From Nitrospirota bacterium (GTDB lineage: Bacteria > Nitrospirota > UBA9217): a stretch of 64,000 nucleotides of DNA. This document shows, in pieces, positions 41,495 to 52,735 of the stretch; the first letter of the stretch is position 1; every line of letters begins with the position of its first letter. Below the pieces are notes generated by a model. That model was given only the letters and a program-made list of their open reading frames with translations, did not search any database and was not told the DNA's origin. The position numbers and the translations under genes were made by a program. Where the stretch lies: NCBI GenBank assembly GCA_963737155.1, contig CAVTRN010000002.1, positions 1,376,001 to 1,440,000 on the forward strand. Reading direction: 5' to 3'.

Positions 41495-42880
41495 TCAGTT
41501 TTTTTCTGTAACATCCCGAATAGCGTTGGCGATGATTCTCACCATGCTCTTCAGATCTTTCAGAGTGACGGAGAGCGGCGGCATCAGCACGATTACATTG
41601 CCAAGCGGCCTGATAATAAGGCCCTGCCTGCGGCATTCCAGATTAACTTTGTTGCCAATCTTGTCTTCAACCGGATAAGGTTCTCCTGTAGTCTTGTCTT
41701 TCACTAATTCAATCCCGACCATGAACCCTCGTTGTCTCACTTCGCCGACGTGCGAGAACTTTTTAAAAGCCGCCAACTCTTTTGACAGCAATTTGATCTT
41801 TGGCTGAAGTTTTGTAAGCGTCTTCTCCTTCTTGAATAGGTCGATGCTAGCAAGAGCGGCGGCGCAGGCCAGGGGGTTACCGGTGTACGTATGGCCATGG
41901 AAAAAAGTTTTGGATTCCCGGTATTCGCCAAGGAAGCCTTGGAAAATGTCATCCGTTGTTAACGTTGCGGCAAGTGGGAGATATCCGCCGGTGAGACCCT
42001 TCGCTATGCACAGGATATCCGGCGCGACCTCCTCGTGTTCGCAAGCGAACATTTTGCCGGTCCTCCCGAATCCTGTGGCGACCTCGTCCGCGATCATGAG
42101 GATACCGTAAGCAGAGCACAGCTCCCGAATCTTCTTCAAATATCCGGGCGGCTGCAGGAGCATGCCTGCGGCGCCCTGTACTAATGGCTCAATGATGAGT
42201 GCGGCGGTTTCAGATGCATATTTCTGGATCGTTCTTTCGGCATGGGTAAGGCAGGTTTTGAGGCATCCGTGGCGAGTCTGTATGTGTTTGCAGCGGTAAC
42301 AGTTAGGAGTTTCGATCTTGCGGGTCTGAAACAGAAGCGGCTTATATATTCTATGGAATAGATCTATGCCTCCAACGCTTACGGATCCGATGGTGTCACC
42401 GTGATAAGCCTCGGTGAGGGAAAGGAAACCGGTTTTGTGCTGATATTCTGGACCTTTCTGCTGCCAGTATTGGAATGCGATCTTGAGCGCGATCTCCACG
42501 GCCGTCGATCCGCTATCGGAATAAAAGATTTTTGAGAGGCCTTTCGGCGCTATTTTGGAAAGTTTTTCAGCTAGGCGCAATGCAGGGACGTTTGAAAGCC
42601 CCAGCAGAGTTGTGTGCCCGATTTTTTTGAGCTGTGCAACGATGGCAGCGTCGATTTCTTTTTTCCCATGTCCATGAACCGTTACCCAGAGCGACGATAC
42701 CCCATCTAGATATACGCTGCCGTGTATGTCGGTGAGTAAACTTCCTTTCCCGCTTTCGATGATAATCTGCTGTTCCTTATCCCAATCCTGCATCTGAGTG
42801 AAGGGATGCCACAGGTACATCTTGTCCAGTTTTTCAAGGTGGTTCCCTGCAGCCTGTCTTTGCATTTTTCGCGGCGTCAA
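41495..42880 (-). CDS. bioA: Adenosylmethionine--8-amino-7-oxononanoate transaminase
   Basis: WHPFTQM, DGVSSLW, YSDSGSTAVE.ALK, ADEVATGFGRTG, AKGLTGGYLP, HGHTYTGNP. Confidence 0.96.
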   Translation of the reverse strand: MTPRKMQRQAAGNHLEKLDKMYLWHPFTQMQDWDKEQQIIIESGKGSLLTDIHGSVYLDGVSSLWVTVHGHGKKEIDAAIVAQLKKIGHTTLLGLSNVPALRLAEKLSKIAPKGLSKIFYSDSGSTAVEIALKIAFQYWQQKGPEYQHKTGFLSLTEAYHGDTIGSVSVGGIDLFHRIYKPLLFQTRKIETPNCYRCKHIQTRHGCLKTCLTHAERTIQKYASETAALIIEPLVQGAAGMLLQPPGYLKKIRELCSAYGILMIADEVATGFGRTGKMFACEHEEVAPDILCIAKGLTGGYLPLAATLTTDDIFQGFLGEYRESKTFFHGHTYTGNPLACAAALASIDLFKKEKTLTKLQPKIKLLSKELAAFKKFSHVGEVRQRGFMVGIELVKDKTTGEPYPVEDKIGNKVNLECRRQGLIIRPLGNVIVLMPPLSVTLKDLKSMVRIIANAIRDVTEKN

Positions 42881-43086
42881 AGAAGAGTCTCCCCTGTTTT
42901 TCGTTAAGAACTTCGGTGATTGTTATTATAATGTCCACATGTTTTTTGTCAATCATAAAAAGGGCTTGAAAACACTAGCTTCTTTCTGGTAGAATAGTAA
43001 GCTTAAACATTACGGCGCAGGACATTTTTCGCGATATATCCCGCACGGGCGAACCAACCCGCTGATCCCGGAGGTTTTTCAATAGC

Positions 43087-44586
43087 ATGATCAAAAAGAA
43101 GAGATTCCTTATTGCTGCTGCATTTTTAATCATGCTTGGCGTGATTGTCGGACTTTTATTGTCATCGCATCTCGATATCGTTTCACCGCTTCGGGCAAAA
43201 AGCCAGTTATCGCCCAAAACAGTGGAAATCCTCACGCAGCTGAGCGAAGCACAGTCTGAAGTGGCTGCAGTCGCCACTCCTTCAGTGGTTAATATATCGA
43301 CAACACGTGTGATTAGGTCGGGAGAAGAAATACCGGGCAATCTCTTTGAAGATCCTTTTTTCAGAAGATTTTTCGGAGATCAATTTTCCAATCCGAATGT
43401 TCCCAGAGAATACAAGGAACAGAGTCTGGGGTCCGGGGTCATCGTGACAGAGGACGGCTATATCGTTACGAACAACCATGTGATCGAGAAGGCCCAGGAA
43501 ATCAAGGTTTTGCTTTTGAACAAGAGGGACTATAAAGCAAAGGTTGTCGGAGTAGATCCTAAAACCGATATCGCTGTCATCAAGATTGACGCCAAGGGAT
43601 TACCGGCGCTGTCATGGGGGGATTCCAACAAACTCAAAGTGGGAGAGATCGTTTTTGCGATCGGGAACCCATTCGGATTGAACCAGACCGTAACGATGGG
43701 CGTGATCAGCGCCGTCGGACGTGCGAATGTAGGCATTGCAGATTACGAAGACTTCATTCAAACTGACGCAGCTATCAATCCTGGAAACTCGGGCGGAGCG
43801 CTTATTAATACACATGGCGAGTTGATCGGCATCAATACGGCCATCCTGTCGCGGTCCGGTGGTTACCAGGGAATCGGATTTGCCGTACCGAGCGGCATGG
43901 CCCAGCAAGTGATGGACGACTTGGTGAAGTATAAGAAAGTTGTTCGCGGTTGGCTCGGCGTTAGTATCCAAGACATTAACGAAGATCTTGCCGAGGAATT
44001 CGGCATTAAGGATCTCCAAGGCGCTTTGGTTAGCGGCGTGATGAAGGGGAGTCCTGCGGAAAAAGCCGGCATTAAGCAGGGAGATGTAATCCTTGACTAT
44101 GACGCCAAGGTGGTTGAGGATACGGGTCATCTCAGAAATATGGTAGCCCAGACCCCCATCGGCACGACGGTAAAAATCAGGCTACTGCGCCAAAAAAAAG
44201 AGTTTGTAGTTGAAGTGAAAATTGCCGAACTGTCGAAGAAAATCGCAAAGGCTTCGACCGGGGAAGAACTCTCTGAACAGGCAAAAGAGGGGGAAAGCAG
44301 TGCCTTGAGTGGATTGATCGTGCGCGAACTCACGCCGGAGCTTGCAAGCCATTTCGGCTATGACGAGCATGAAAAAGGCATCATCGTAGTGAAGGTTGAT
44401 GCTTCCAGTAGCGTTTTCGAAGCTGGAATCCGACCCGGTGATATAATCATCCAGCTCAATCAGAAAAGCATGACGACACTGGAGGCGTACAACAAAGCTG
44501 CATCCAGGATCAAAGGGAAAGACAGGATACTGCTTCTTGTACGCAGAAGGGGGCAGGATTTATTCGTCACTATTAAGCCGGAATAG
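43087..44586 (+). CDS. degP: Do/DegP-family serine protease with two PDZ domains
   Basis: GSGVIV, TNNHV, DAAINPGNSGG; two PDZ-like domains. Confidence 0.93.
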   Translation: MIKKKRFLIAAAFLIMLGVIVGLLLSSHLDIVSPLRAKSQLSPKTVEILTQLSEAQSEVAAVATPSVVNISTTRVIRSGEEIPGNLFEDPFFRRFFGDQFSNPNVPREYKEQSLGSGVIVTEDGYIVTNNHVIEKAQEIKVLLLNKRDYKAKVVGVDPKTDIAVIKIDAKGLPALSWGDSNKLKVGEIVFAIGNPFGLNQTVTMGVISAVGRANVGIADYEDFIQTDAAINPGNSGGALINTHGELIGINTAILSRSGGYQGIGFAVPSGMAQQVMDDLVKYKKVVRGWLGVSIQDINEDLAEEFGIKDLQGALVSGVMKGSPAEKAGIKQGDVILDYDAKVVEDTGHLRNMVAQTPIGTTVKIRLLRQKKEFVVEVKIAELSKKIAKASTGEELSEQAKEGESSALSGLIVRELTPELASHFGYDEHEKGIIVVKVDASSSVFEAGIRPGDIIIQLNQKSMTTLEAYNKAASRIKGKDRILLLVRRRGQDLFVTIKPE

Positions 44587-44668
44587 GGAAGTCTGTTGAA
44601 CGGTTTGCTGATTCGTCGGCTGTCACAGCTTATTCACGTTAGTATACTTTAAGCGTTCAGGAAAGGGG

Positions 44669-45697
44669 GTGAGAACGATGGGACTGATACTTATAAGGAT
44701 ATTATTTATTTTATTAAGCACTCTGCTCGGTTATTATGTATCCACACAGCTCTATGATCAGGTCAGCAAACTTGAGGGAATGGCGGTGGGATTCAGTGTT
44801 GCAGTGTTGATCATCCTTACCGAATTCTTGTTCAGACGAGTCTCATTAAAGGTCATCATTGGCGGCATTCTCGGTTTTATCCTCGGCCTGACAGCTGCAA
44901 ATCTTATTGCTGCTCCCCTGAAACTCGTACCTCTTGAGCGGAGCATTGTCAATTTCATTCTGTTGCTTATGAACGGTTTTTTTGGATACATCGGCATCAC
45001 GATCGGCATCAGGGAGGGAGAACGTTTTAATCCTGCGAATATTAAAAAGTTGTTCAAAAGCGGTGCGGAAGAAAATATCAAAATCATGGATACCAGTGTT
45101 ATCATCGATGGCAGGATTGCCGATGTATGTGAGACTGAATTCCTGGACGGTACGATCATCATTCCCCAATTTATTTTACACGAGCTCCAGCATATCGCTG
45201 ACTCCTCGGATTCGCTGAAACGGGCCCGGGGACGAAGGGGCCTCGATATTCTGCATCGTATTCAGAAGATGAACCATATGGAAGTCCGTATTACCGAGGA
45301 AGACTTTCCGAAAATACGCGAAGTCGACAGCAAGCTGATAGCGCTGGCTAAAAAAGTGGGGGCAAAAGTCGTCACGAACGATTTTAATCTGAACAAAGTT
45401 GCAGAACTCCAGGGTGTCAAAGTGCTGAATATCAATGACCTCTCGAATGCGGTTAAGCCGGTTGCGCTTCCCGGCGAGAGTATGCGGGTCTTCGTGCTCA
45501 AGGAAGGCAAGGAAGTGGGGCAAGGCGTGGCATACTTGGATGATGGCACAATGATTGTTGTGGAAAACGGGCGGAAGTACATCAACAAAAACATTGATGT
45601 TGCAGTTACGAGCGTTCTGCAGACTGCGGCGGGCAGGATGATTTTCACGAAGCTGAAAGAAGACTTTGAACATGACCTACAACCGGCGGAGCGATAA
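44669..45697 (+). CDS. Membrane PIN/TRAM domain protein (YacL-like)
   Basis: TM N-terminus, [41 protein letters not shown]. Confidence 0.93.
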   Translation: MRTMGLILIRILFILLSTLLGYYVSTQLYDQVSKLEGMAVGFSVAVLIILTEFLFRRVSLKVIIGGILGFILGLTAANLIAAPLKLVPLERSIVNFILLLMNGFFGYIGITIGIREGERFNPANIKKLFKSGAEENIKIMDTSVIIDGRIADVCETEFLDGTIIIPQFILHELQHIADSSDSLKRARGRRGLDILHRIQKMNHMEVRITEEDFPKIREVDSKLIALAKKVGAKVVTNDFNLNKVAELQGVKVLNINDLSNAVKPVALPGESMRVFVLKEGKEVGQGVAYLDDGTMIVVENGRKYINKNIDVAVTSVLQTAAGRMIFTKLKEDFEHDLQPAER

Positions 45698-45813
45698 TTT
45701 AAAGAAGAAGGCAAACAGGATACGATAGATGGCGAATGTGGGAACAGGAGCAGGAAACCTTGCTGCGACTCCGGTTTGTCCCTTTAATCATATTCTTTAT
45801 CTCAGGAGGTTCA

Positions 45814-46557
45814 ATGTCAGGTCATTCGAAGTGGGCGACAACAAAACACAAAAAAGCCGCTACCGACGCGAAGCGCGGAAAGATATTCACCAAGCTTGCG
45901 AAAGAAATTACGGTTGCGGCAAAGCTTGGCGGCGGCGATCCCAGCGGGAACCCCCGTCTCAGAACGGCGATTGCCAAGGCAAAGAGCGTCAGTCTCCCCG
46001 CCGAAAATATCAAGCGCGCTATCCAGAAGGGCACGGGTGAACTGCCGGGCGTATCCTACGAGGAGATTATTTACGAGGGTTACGGGCCGGGAGGGGTAGC
46101 GGTCATCATCGAAGTTATGACTGACAACCGGAACAGGACGGTATCGGAAATTCGCAATATTTTCAGCAAAGCCGGCGGCAACATGGGGGAGGCAGGCTGT
46201 GTTTCCTGGATGTTTCACAAAAAAGGGTATATTGTAGTAAGCAGATCCAAGGCCGATGAGGATAAACTCATGTCACTGGCACTTGACGCAGGCGCCGAGG
46301 ACATGCAGACAGAGGACGATAATTTTTCGATTACGACGGCACTGAATGATTTCGAGCAAGTGAAGAAGGCGCTCGAGGACGCGGGGGTGGCTCTCGATGT
46401 AGCTGAAACCACCATGATCCCGCAAACCTACGTGAAACTCGACGGTAAGGAAGCGCAACAGATGCTGCGTCTCGTTGAAACACTGGAAGACAATGACGAT
46501 GTACAGAACGTGTACGCCAACTTTGATATTCCCGAGGAAATCATGAACGCCGAGTGA
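45814..46557 (+). CDS. yebC: YebC/PmpR family protein
   Basis: [31 protein letters not shown]. Confidence 0.97.
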   Translation: MSGHSKWATTKHKKAATDAKRGKIFTKLAKEITVAAKLGGGDPSGNPRLRTAIAKAKSVSLPAENIKRAIQKGTGELPGVSYEEIIYEGYGPGGVAVIIEVMTDNRNRTVSEIRNIFSKAGGNMGEAGCVSWMFHKKGYIVVSRSKADEDKLMSLALDAGAEDMQTEDDNFSITTALNDFEQVKKALEDAGVALDVAETTMIPQTYVKLDGKEAQQMLRLVETLEDNDDVQNVYANFDIPEEIMNAE

Positions 46558-46649
46558 CGGGTTGTTTCCAGCTGTTCGTGATGAATGAACTCTGTAAAAT
46601 CAGCTGATCGCGAATAGATTGCGCATCTGGTTCTGGCGAGGGAGGAGTT

Positions 46650-47207
46650 ATGAGGGTACTAGGCATTGACCCGGGGACGCTGACAAGCGGGTATGGGATC
46701 GTAGCTGAAGAAGACCACAAGCTTTTTCATGTCGCCTCAGGCGGCATCAGTCCCTCTGTTAAACAGCCATTTCCGAAGCGGCTCAAAAAGATTTATGAGG
46801 AACTCGAGAAGATTATCGAAAAGTACAGGCCCAATGTCGTCGTGGTGGAAGACCTCTTTGTGTCGAAAAACATCAAATCGGCCCTCAAACTCGGCCACGC
46901 CAGGGGAGTCGCAATTCTTGCGGCAATGAACGCAGGGCTTCCAGTATTTGAATATGCCCCTCTGGAAGTGAAACAAGCTGTCGTGGGGTACGGAATGGCG
47001 GGTAAAAAACAGGTGCAATTAATGGTAAAAAACCTACTGGACCTTCAGAAAGTTCCCCATCCTGCCGATGCAGCCGATGCCCTTGCCGCGGCGATCTGTC
47101 ATATTCATTCATCACGGCTCCGAGAGATTCTCAAGTCTCCCTCGTCCCTGCGCCAGCCAGGAAGAGAAGTCGGCGTGGCGAGAGTCCGTAGGTCACAGGC
47201 AGGATAA
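46650..47207 (+). CDS. ruvC: Holliday junction resolvase RuvC
   Basis: LGIDPG, LKLGHARG, VK.AVVGYG.A.K.QV, DAADALA.AICH. Confidence 0.96.
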   Translation: MRVLGIDPGTLTSGYGIVAEEDHKLFHVASGGISPSVKQPFPKRLKKIYEELEKIIEKYRPNVVVVEDLFVSKNIKSALKLGHARGVAILAAMNAGLPVFEYAPLEVKQAVVGYGMAGKKQVQLMVKNLLDLQKVPHPADAADALAAAICHIHSSRLREILKSPSSLRQPGREVGVARVRRSQAG

Positions 47208-47208
47208 G

Positions 47209-47808
47209 ATGATCGCCTTACTTACAGGGAGGCTCAGGCGTAAGGCCGTCGATCACCTTATTATCGATGTGTCCGGTGTGGGTTATCAGGTGCAGACGCC
47301 CTTATCCACCTATTACAAACTTCCGGATAGCGGAGAGGAAGTCACTCTTCATATTCACACGCATGTCCGCGAAGATACTCTGTCACTATACGGTTTTCTG
47401 GGGGAAGAGGAAAAGGATTTGTTCCTGCTGCTGATGGGAGTTTCAGGAATCGGTCCCCGCCTCGCCCTCGGCATGCTGTCTAGCCTGTCTGTCACGGATA
47501 TCGCTCAAGCCATACAAGCTTCCGATGATTCAAAACTCTGTAGCATCCCCGGTATAGGGAAGAAGACCGCCGCCCGACTAATTCTTGAACTGAAGGACAG
47601 GATGATACAGCTGTCTGTCACTGCTTCGACATCGGACCACAGGGCCGCAACAACAGACCATAGAGAAGATGCACTTTCGGCACTCATGAACTTGGGATAC
47701 AAAAAACAGCATGCGGAAGAAGCATTGAAGAAAGTGCTTCACGTTCAACCCGGCCTTACAATCGAGGCCCTAATCAGGGAAGGGCTTGCCGTTCTGATGA
47801 GGTGCTGA
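47209..47808 (+). CDS. ruvA: Holliday junction branch migration protein RuvA
   Basis: GVGY, VRED..LYGF, VSGIGP, PGIGKKTA.R, AL..LGY. Confidence 0.96.
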   Translation: MIALLTGRLRRKAVDHLIIDVSGVGYQVQTPLSTYYKLPDSGEEVTLHIHTHVREDTLSLYGFLGEEEKDLFLLLMGVSGIGPRLALGMLSSLSVTDIAQAIQASDDSKLCSIPGIGKKTAARLILELKDRMIQLSVTASTSDHRAATTDHREDALSALMNLGYKKQHAEEALKKVLHVQPGLTIEALIREGLAVLMRC

Positions 47809-47857
47809 GAACCCCCCCAAGGGGCATGATGACCACCGCTATGTCATATAGACGTTT

Positions 47858-48889
47858 TTGAGGGTGAAATTGCAGGAGAGAATCATAGAGCCGGAACAAA
47901 ACGATGACGATGTTCAACTCGACAGGAGTCTGAGACCCCTTCACTTTGACGACTTTGTCGGTCAGGAACGGATCAAGGACAATCTGCATGTATATATCGA
48001 AGCGGCAAAGGGTAGAAGAGAGGCGTTGGATCATGTGCTTTTCTGCGGGCCGCCGGGGTTGGGAAAGACGACGTTAGCGAACATTATCGCGCATGAACTG
48101 GGCGTTAATATAAAAACTACGTCCGGCCCCGTACTCGAGCGCGCCGGCGACCTTGCCGCTATCCTCACGAATCTCCAGGAGCGCGATGTTTTATTCATCG
48201 ATGAAATCCACCGGCTTAACCGAATTGTCGAGGAAATTCTCTATCCCGCTATGGAGGATTTCCAGCTGGACATCATTATCGGACAGGGACCAGGTGCCCG
48301 TTCGATAAAGCTTGAACTCCCGCAATTTACTCTTGTCGGTGCCACGACACGTACGGGTTTGCTTACGTCCCCGCTCCGGGACCGCTTCGGCGTCATTGAC
48401 CGGCTCGGTTTTTATGACACAGATGAACTCAGGAAAATCGTCCAGCGATCTGCAGGGCTACTTCAGACCACGATTGATTCCCCCGCCGCCCTGGAAATTG
48501 CACGTCGCTCCCGGGGCACCCCCCGTATCGCCAATCGGTTGCTCCGGAGAGTTAGAGATTTTGCCCAAATCCAGGGCGATGGGACTGTTACTCCTGAGAT
48601 TGTTGCAAGCTCCATGAAAAGGCTCGAAGTCGATGAGAAGGGCTTTGACCACATGGATCGGAAACTTCTGCTCTCAATTATTGACAAATTCGATGGCGGA
48701 CCGGTAGGGCTTGAAACGCTCGCTGCGGCACTCAACGAGGAAAAGGACACCATCGAGGATGTTTATGAGCCGTTCCTGATCCAGGAAGGTTTCCTTGACA
48801 GGACGCCTCGGGGCAGGCAGGCCACGCGTCTTGCCTATGAGCATTTCGGCAGAAAAAGGCAGGCATCGACGCAGGGGAAATTGTTGTAA
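47858..48889 (+). CDS. ruvB: Holliday junction helicase RuvB
   Basis: [40 protein letters not shown]. Confidence 0.98.
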   Translation: MRVKLQERIIEPEQNDDDVQLDRSLRPLHFDDFVGQERIKDNLHVYIEAAKGRREALDHVLFCGPPGLGKTTLANIIAHELGVNIKTTSGPVLERAGDLAAILTNLQERDVLFIDEIHRLNRIVEEILYPAMEDFQLDIIIGQGPGARSIKLELPQFTLVGATTRTGLLTSPLRDRFGVIDRLGFYDTDELRKIVQRSAGLLQTTIDSPAALEIARRSRGTPRIANRLLRRVRDFAQIQGDGTVTPEIVASSMKRLEVDEKGFDHMDRKLLLSIIDKFDGGPVGLETLAAALNEEKDTIEDVYEPFLIQEGFLDRTPRGRQATRLAYEHFGRKRQASTQGKLL

Positions 48890-49012
48890 ATAAGGCTCAA
48901 TGAGACGCCGCTCAACTCCTCGTCATGCTCGGTTTTTCCGAAGTTTCTCGCACTAGTTGCAATACTCAAGGCTGGATTGGGTCAGCCGGAGCCACCACTC
49001 GGAGGCATATTC

Positions 49013-49549
49013 ATGAATGTCTTGCTCCATATCTGTTGTGCCCCCTGCGCGCTCTATCCCTACTTTCGGCTGAAGGAAGAAAGAATGGAGCCAACAGGCT
49101 ACTTTTACAATCCCAACATCCATCCTTATCAGGAATATCGCAGAAGGCTCGATACAGTCAAGGAATTTGCCGCACGGGTTGGTCTGGATGTGATGTACCG
49201 GGATGGATATGAACTTGATCCCTTCCTGCTCCGCGTTGCCGGCAAAGGGGCTCTTCGGTGTGAGCAGTGCTACCGGATGAGATTGGACGCAGCAGGAGCG
49301 GCTGCCCGGGAAAAAGGATTTAGGATTTTCACGACCTCTCTCCTTTATAGTAAGTACCAGAAACATGATCTGATTACGGGGGTAGCGAAAGAAATGGGTG
49401 CAGAGCACGGTGTGGAATTTTATTATGAGGACTTTCGCCGAGGCTGGCGAGAAGGAGTTGTTGAATCAAAAGCCATGGGTCTGTACCGCCAACAATACTG
49501 CGGATGTATATACAGCGAACATGACCGGTATAGAAAAGTAGCGGACTAG
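49013..49549 (+). CDS. queH: Epoxyqueuosine reductase QueH
   Basis: LLHICCAPC, YNPNIHP..EY..R, RC..CY..RL, YRQQYCGC. Confidence 0.93.
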   Translation: MNVLLHICCAPCALYPYFRLKEERMEPTGYFYNPNIHPYQEYRRRLDTVKEFAARVGLDVMYRDGYELDPFLLRVAGKGALRCEQCYRMRLDAAGAAAREKGFRIFTTSLLYSKYQKHDLITGVAKEMGAEHGVEFYYEDFRRGWREGVVESKAMGLYRQQYCGCIYSEHDRYRKVAD

Positions 49550-50247
49550 GTTTGATCCCGGGCATAAGGGCTTTCGATTGTTATGCTGGCGAAAATAATT
49601 CTTTTACAGCATCTTCAGACGGCAGCCCGGAGCGTATACCGAGCTTGGCAGAATTTCGCAAACAGGGAAACGGATTGCTGCTCGTTGTCAGCGACTGGAC
49701 ACTGAAAATTACCTCCGAAGAGCACTAGTATCCGAGATTTTGCCTGCTAGGAATACGAGGTACTGATTGCGCGGCGGTCGCCGCGAGAACTTACACTTTG
49801 TGACAGAAGAGATTAGCGGGTTGTCGGCACAAACAGTTGTAGCCGACGTGAATCGTTAGGCTTATATATGCACCCAGAGGGGCCTTCGCAAGCGAATTAG
49901 GCGATAAAGGACCCCAGTATCGTTTTCGAATTGGAAATTGACGAGAGCGAAGTCGAATTTTAATGAAGAGGATTGGGTCAAGGTGTTAGGTGTCGGTCTG
50001 TGCTAATTGTTAGCCGATGTAATAGCGAAGAGGGGTGGATTAATATACCATTCATTTGCACCACGACTCGGGGAAAAAAGACACCTTCAGTTGCAGTGAT
50101 GTTTGTTACGGGTTTTTCCTGGGTCGCCAGATCATTTCTCTTGACTCGAACAGGCCACGCGGATAATATTATACGATGCGCAGAGTTAATTCCGTTGTTC
50201 GTAAGATCAGCGTGAATGTCGGCATCGACGTATTTCAAGGAGCAAGT

Positions 50248-51090
50248 ATGGCACGTATGAAAAAGAAATCAAAACAACCGTCAAAACCAACATCAGCTGC
50301 CGCCGTGGCTGCAACGACAACAACGATAAGAAGAAGCGATACTTTTCTGGTTGTCATCCTGTCCTTGTCGCTACTGATTGCCGGAGCCTTGACTGTTGCA
50401 TCATATGTAAGGAACAGCATCTACCGGACCCAAGTTGCCCTGTGGCGCGACATAGTGAAACGTTCGCCTGACAAGCGAAGGGCTCATGAGAACTTAGGAC
50501 AGGCGTTGTCCACTGCCGGATCGATTGCGGGGAATCCGAAGGAAGCGATGGAACTCTACCAGGAGGCTCTGAAGCAGTTTGGGATGGTCCTGGCGCTCAA
50601 GGACGATGGCAGTGTGCCGATGCGGGACCTGTACCGCGAGACCGGCGTGGTCTATTTCCGCATGGGGATGTATAATGATGCGATTATTGCTTGGCAGACC
50701 GGGTTGCGGTACGCGCCTAACGATCCAAGCCTTTCAAACAATCTGTCGATTGTGCTTATGCAGAACGGAAGATACGATGAGGCCGCCGCGCAGGCTCAAA
50801 CGGCTCTTGCTATGGATCCCCGGATGCCGCAGGCCCTTAATACCATGGGCCAGGTGTATATGGCCAAACAAAATTTCAACAAGGCAGTCGAGTATTTTGA
50901 AAAGGCGCTTCAAAGCGAGCCGGATGTGCCTGCTCGGTATTGGAATGTTGCGCTCGCCCTGTCGCAGGCGAAGAAATACGATATCGCACTGCAATACGCG
51001 AACAAGTACGCCTCCATGGAGTCCGACCCCCAAGGTCGTAAACGCGCTGCAGAATTCATAGGTTATCTGCAGACTGCCATGAGACATTGA
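50248..51090 (+). CDS. Single-TM TPR protein (TMTC-type C-terminal module)
   Basis: Basic N-terminus, one TM, RN..Y....LW.D.V..SP.K.R.H.NLG, then TPR repeats. Confidence 0.85.
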   Translation: MARMKKKSKQPSKPTSAAAVAATTTTIRRSDTFLVVILSLSLLIAGALTVASYVRNSIYRTQVALWRDIVKRSPDKRRAHENLGQALSTAGSIAGNPKEAMELYQEALKQFGMVLALKDDGSVPMRDLYRETGVVYFRMGMYNDAIIAWQTGLRYAPNDPSLSNNLSIVLMQNGRYDEAAAQAQTALAMDPRMPQALNTMGQVYMAKQNFNKAVEYFEKALQSEPDVPARYWNVALALSQAKKYDIALQYANKYASMESDPQGRKRAAEFIGYLQTAMRH

Positions 51091-51306
51091 CCTCATGCAT
51101 GAAAAAAAACGATCGGGAATTGAACTGTACTCCGGGATGGCTCGTAACCGCGAAATTAAAAAATTGTAGCTGATGATGAAACAGATGAAATACCCGCCAC
51201 TAAGCCGAATTCACGGTCACAGAAGGTAGCAAACTGCAGGTGATCCCGAAGCCCGTCTTATGTCCTTCTCCTGCGTGCATTACTTTGGTTAGTTCCTGCC
51301 ATCGTG

Positions 51307-52500
51307 CTACTTCAACGCATTCAATGCTTTTTCAATTCTATTTATCCCTTTTTGAATATTCTCCATGGATGTCGCATAGGAAAGACGGATGTACGCATCG
51401 GCGCCGAAGGCGTCCCCTGATACAAGCGCTACCTGAGCATCGTCGAGAAAATAGGCGGCTAGGTCGGCCGAGTTCTGTATACATTTGCCCTTGGCACTTT
51501 TCCCGTAGAAGGACGAGACACGTGGGAAGGCGTAAAATGCACCTACCGGCATAAGACAGGAAACTCCCGCCATATCATTCAGCCGGGCCACCATGTATTT
51601 TCTTCTTTTGTCAAACTCTGCATTCATAGCCCCGATGAAATTCTGGGGTCCGCGGAGGGCTTCCACTGCTGCTTTCTGAGATATAGACGTGGGGTTTGAT
51701 GTGCTCTGGCTCTGGATGTTGGTCATGGCGGTTATTACGTCCCGAGGGCCTGCCGAATAGCCGATACGCCAGCCGGTCATCGCATGAGACTTGGATACGC
51801 CGTTCACTACAATAGTCAGGTTTTTTATCTCCGGGCTGAGCGAAGCAATGCTCGTGTGCGTGAATTCGTCATAAATCAGTTTCTCATAGATTTCGTCGGA
51901 AATAATATAAATATTGTGTTTGATGGCCACAGCGGCGATGTCCTCAAGCGTTTTTTTGTCATATGCAAGGCCGGTGGGATTCGAAGGGCTGTTCAGGATC
52001 ACCGCTTTGGTCTTTCCAGTGATGGCTTTTCCAAGCTTCTGCGCCGATAGCTTGAATCCCTCTTCTTCCGTCGTTTCCACGATTACCGGAATAGCATCGT
52101 TCAACAGCACCTGGTCGGGATAGGAAACCCAGTAGGGCGCGGGTATGATGACCTCGTCGCCAGGGTTGAATAAGGCCTCAGCTATATTGTAGAGACTATG
52201 CTTCGCGCCGCAGGAGATCAGAACTTGCGTTTTTTCATACTGGAGTCCGTTGTCGTTCCTGAATTTATCTATGACGGCTTCTTTTAACTCGTCTGTACCG
52301 CCAGCCGGAGTATATTTGGTGAATCCCGATTGAATCGCCTTGATGGCCGCCTGCTTTACATTTTCCGGTGTGTCGAAATCTGGTTCACCGACGCCGAAAT
52401 CCACCACATCGATCCCCTGGGCCTTCATCGTTTTTGCTTTTGCTGCGGTCGCCAGGGTGGGGGAAGGTTTAATGACCTGTGCCCGTTTTGCAATTCCCAT
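51307..52500 (-). CDS. PLP-dependent class I/II aminotransferase (aspartate aminotransferase-like)
   Basis: GEPDF.TP, LNSPSNPTG, SDEIYE, NGVSKSHAMTGWRIGY, RLSYA. Confidence 0.95.
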   Translation of the reverse strand: MGIAKRAQVIKPSPTLATAAKAKTMKAQGIDVVDFGVGEPDFDTPENVKQAAIKAIQSGFTKYTPAGGTDELKEAVIDKFRNDNGLQYEKTQVLISCGAKHSLYNIAEALFNPGDEVIIPAPYWVSYPDQVLLNDAIPVIVETTEEEGFKLSAQKLGKAITGKTKAVILNSPSNPTGLAYDKKTLEDIAAVAIKHNIYIISDEIYEKLIYDEFTHTSIASLSPEIKNLTIVVNGVSKSHAMTGWRIGYSAGPRDVITAMTNIQSQSTSNPTSISQKAAVEALRGPQNFIGAMNAEFDKRRKYMVARLNDMAGVSCLMPVGAFYAFPRVSSFYGKSAKGKCIQNSADLAAYFLDDAQVALVSGDAFGADAYIRLSYATSMENIQKGINRIEKALNALK

Positions 52501-52735
52501 TTTTCTTTAAAACCCTTTCTTATTATGAAGTCAATGCGCGTGATTTTATTAACACAGACGTAGCGTAAAGTCAACGGCTTTCTTGGCCGAAACGTGGTTG
52601 TCCCGAAAGCCAGCCTTGAACGGGGGTCTCTGCGCGAGTACGGGTGAATTTATGAATAGAAACGTCTCCGACTTGGTACGCTTGGGTTGCAATGTGATGG
52701 AAAGTATGATACTATTTTTTCATTCAGGAGGCTTC

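Noticed and set aside
44669-45697. PIN toxin-antitoxin or defence system
   Set aside because: Membrane PIN-TRAM (YacL) housekeeping architecture, with no antitoxin.
47135-47200. REP-like insertion extending the RuvC C-terminus
   Set aside because: Weak hairpin with no second copy in the window.
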